From a virus (taxonomy: Duplodnaviria > Caudoviricetes), in IMG/VR virus record IMGVR_UViG_3300001799_000004, positions 1 through 59,554 of that record: a stretch of DNA of 59,554 bases; one strand, given 5' to 3'. This document shows positions 58,721 through 59,554 of this stretch, piece by piece. The notes beneath the pieces are model-generated. The model had not been told where the DNA came from. It saw only the letters and a list, made by a program, of their open reading frames with translations, and made no database searches. The translations under genes and the position numbers were made by a program. Positions within the stretch are counted from its first letter, which is position 1, and every line of letters begins with the position of its first letter.

Positions 58721-59554
58721 TCATTCAACAAATTGAATCCTGTCAGCTAATTGTGTGAAATATTCGACTGACCAGATATCCATCTCAGCAGGGTTTTTAA
58801 TGAATGGCCTTAAGTCAGCCTTTACAGCATCCATATTTGTTTTAGAAATTTTGTGTTTAAGCAATGGCACGAAATTTTCCCTTGTCAAGGGCTCCTTGTC
58901 AACGGATGAGGACTCAACGACTCTTTGGTATAAATGATTAAAATTCAATGGAGTGTTATTTCTGACATACCATTCAAAATCATACCAGTCACGCCCTTTT
59001 ACCCGGGTTTTCCAGTTTCGGAAAAGCAAGGCATGCATCTTACCCGCATATAAATCGGGCAGCGAATAGCAGCGGGTCATAAAAGAGAAAGGCAAAAGCG
59101 ATAATTTCTGTTCGGTCGAAAACTGACCAGGAGGGTGTAAATCAACCTCAAGTTTGATTTTTATCTGAGATTCTGATGTAAAACGAAGGTTGTAAACCGA
59201 AGTGTCTTCTTTCAGAAATGCTGATTCAATGTTGCTTCTTTTTTTTGTTTCCTTTTTTTCAATGATTACACTCCTTCCAAGTGCCTTAAATTCATTTTCG
59301 ACTGCTTCAGAATAATGCGCTATACTGAAGGTGTCGTCAGCCCGGAGCAACGAAAAATCCATGTCTTCCGAAAAACGGTTTAAGCCATGAAAAATGCGAA
59401 GACATGTGCCCCCATAAAAAGCAGCTTTGTTGAAAAATCCTCCTCTTTGCAAACCTGCAAGCGTAATTTGCTGCATTACTTCATGCAAGGCATTGGAGTG
59501 GTCAGCAGCAGTTTGTGCCTTGTATGGGGCTAACATCTGGTCGAATATGTTCAT
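58721..59554 (-). CDS. abiEii: AbiEii-family nucleotidyltransferase toxin (type IV TA), host side
   Basis: FYGGTCLR..GLNRFSEDMDF, KMHALL.R, KGRDWYD. Confidence 0.9.
   Translation of the reverse strand: MNIFDQMLAPYKAQTAADHSNALHEVMQQITLAGLQRGGFFNKAAFYGGTCLRIFHGLNRFSEDMDFSLLRADDTFSIAHYSEAVENEFKALGRSVIIEKKETKKRSNIESAFLKEDTSVYNLRFTSESQIKIKLEVDLHPPGQFSTEQKLSLLPFSFMTRCYSLPDLYAGKMHALLFRNWKTRVKGRDWYDFEWYVRNNTPLNFNHLYQRVVESSSVDKEPLTRENFVPLLKHKISKTNMDAVKADLRPFIKNPAEMDIWSVEYFTQLADRIQFVE

Overview
The window is almost entirely one temperate siphovirus-type prophage of a Bacteroidota host (TAnnTTTG-type promoters, T9SS cargo). It runs from a tyrosine integrase at position 1 to an attR made of the displaced 3' half of a tRNA-Gly(CCC) at 58270-58317; attL lies just left of the window. 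Modules in order: integrase, Panacea TA pair and lipoprotein, CI/Cro switch, recombination/replication (Sak4-like ATPase, Cas4-like exonuclease, DEDDh, ParB, SNF2, initiator with iterons, loader, ASCH, VRR-NUC, antirepressor), an inverted cargo of two T9SS substrates (S8 protease and beta-propeller), a packaging operon, a defence/accessory insert (GIY-YIG-like, two-subunit RM, SymE, MTase lacking motif IV), head, tail, fibres and lysis. Host-side AbiEii follows attR. The best candidate for an undescribed system is the tightly coupled operon 25356-35231: a DUR3-like Na+/solute symporter, a probable outer-membrane beta-barrel, two PAPS-reductase/PP-loop proteins and two ParB-like proteins run directly into terS-terL-portal, suggesting import of a small molecule for packaging-coupled DNA modification. 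Other unexplained structure: a tRNA-like element at 9549-9643, an OOP-like antisense RNA unit at 5562-5642, and an ungapped 183-bp inverted copy (about 86% identity) of a cargo gene's 3' end just outside attR. All family calls come from manual motif recognition, not database searches.
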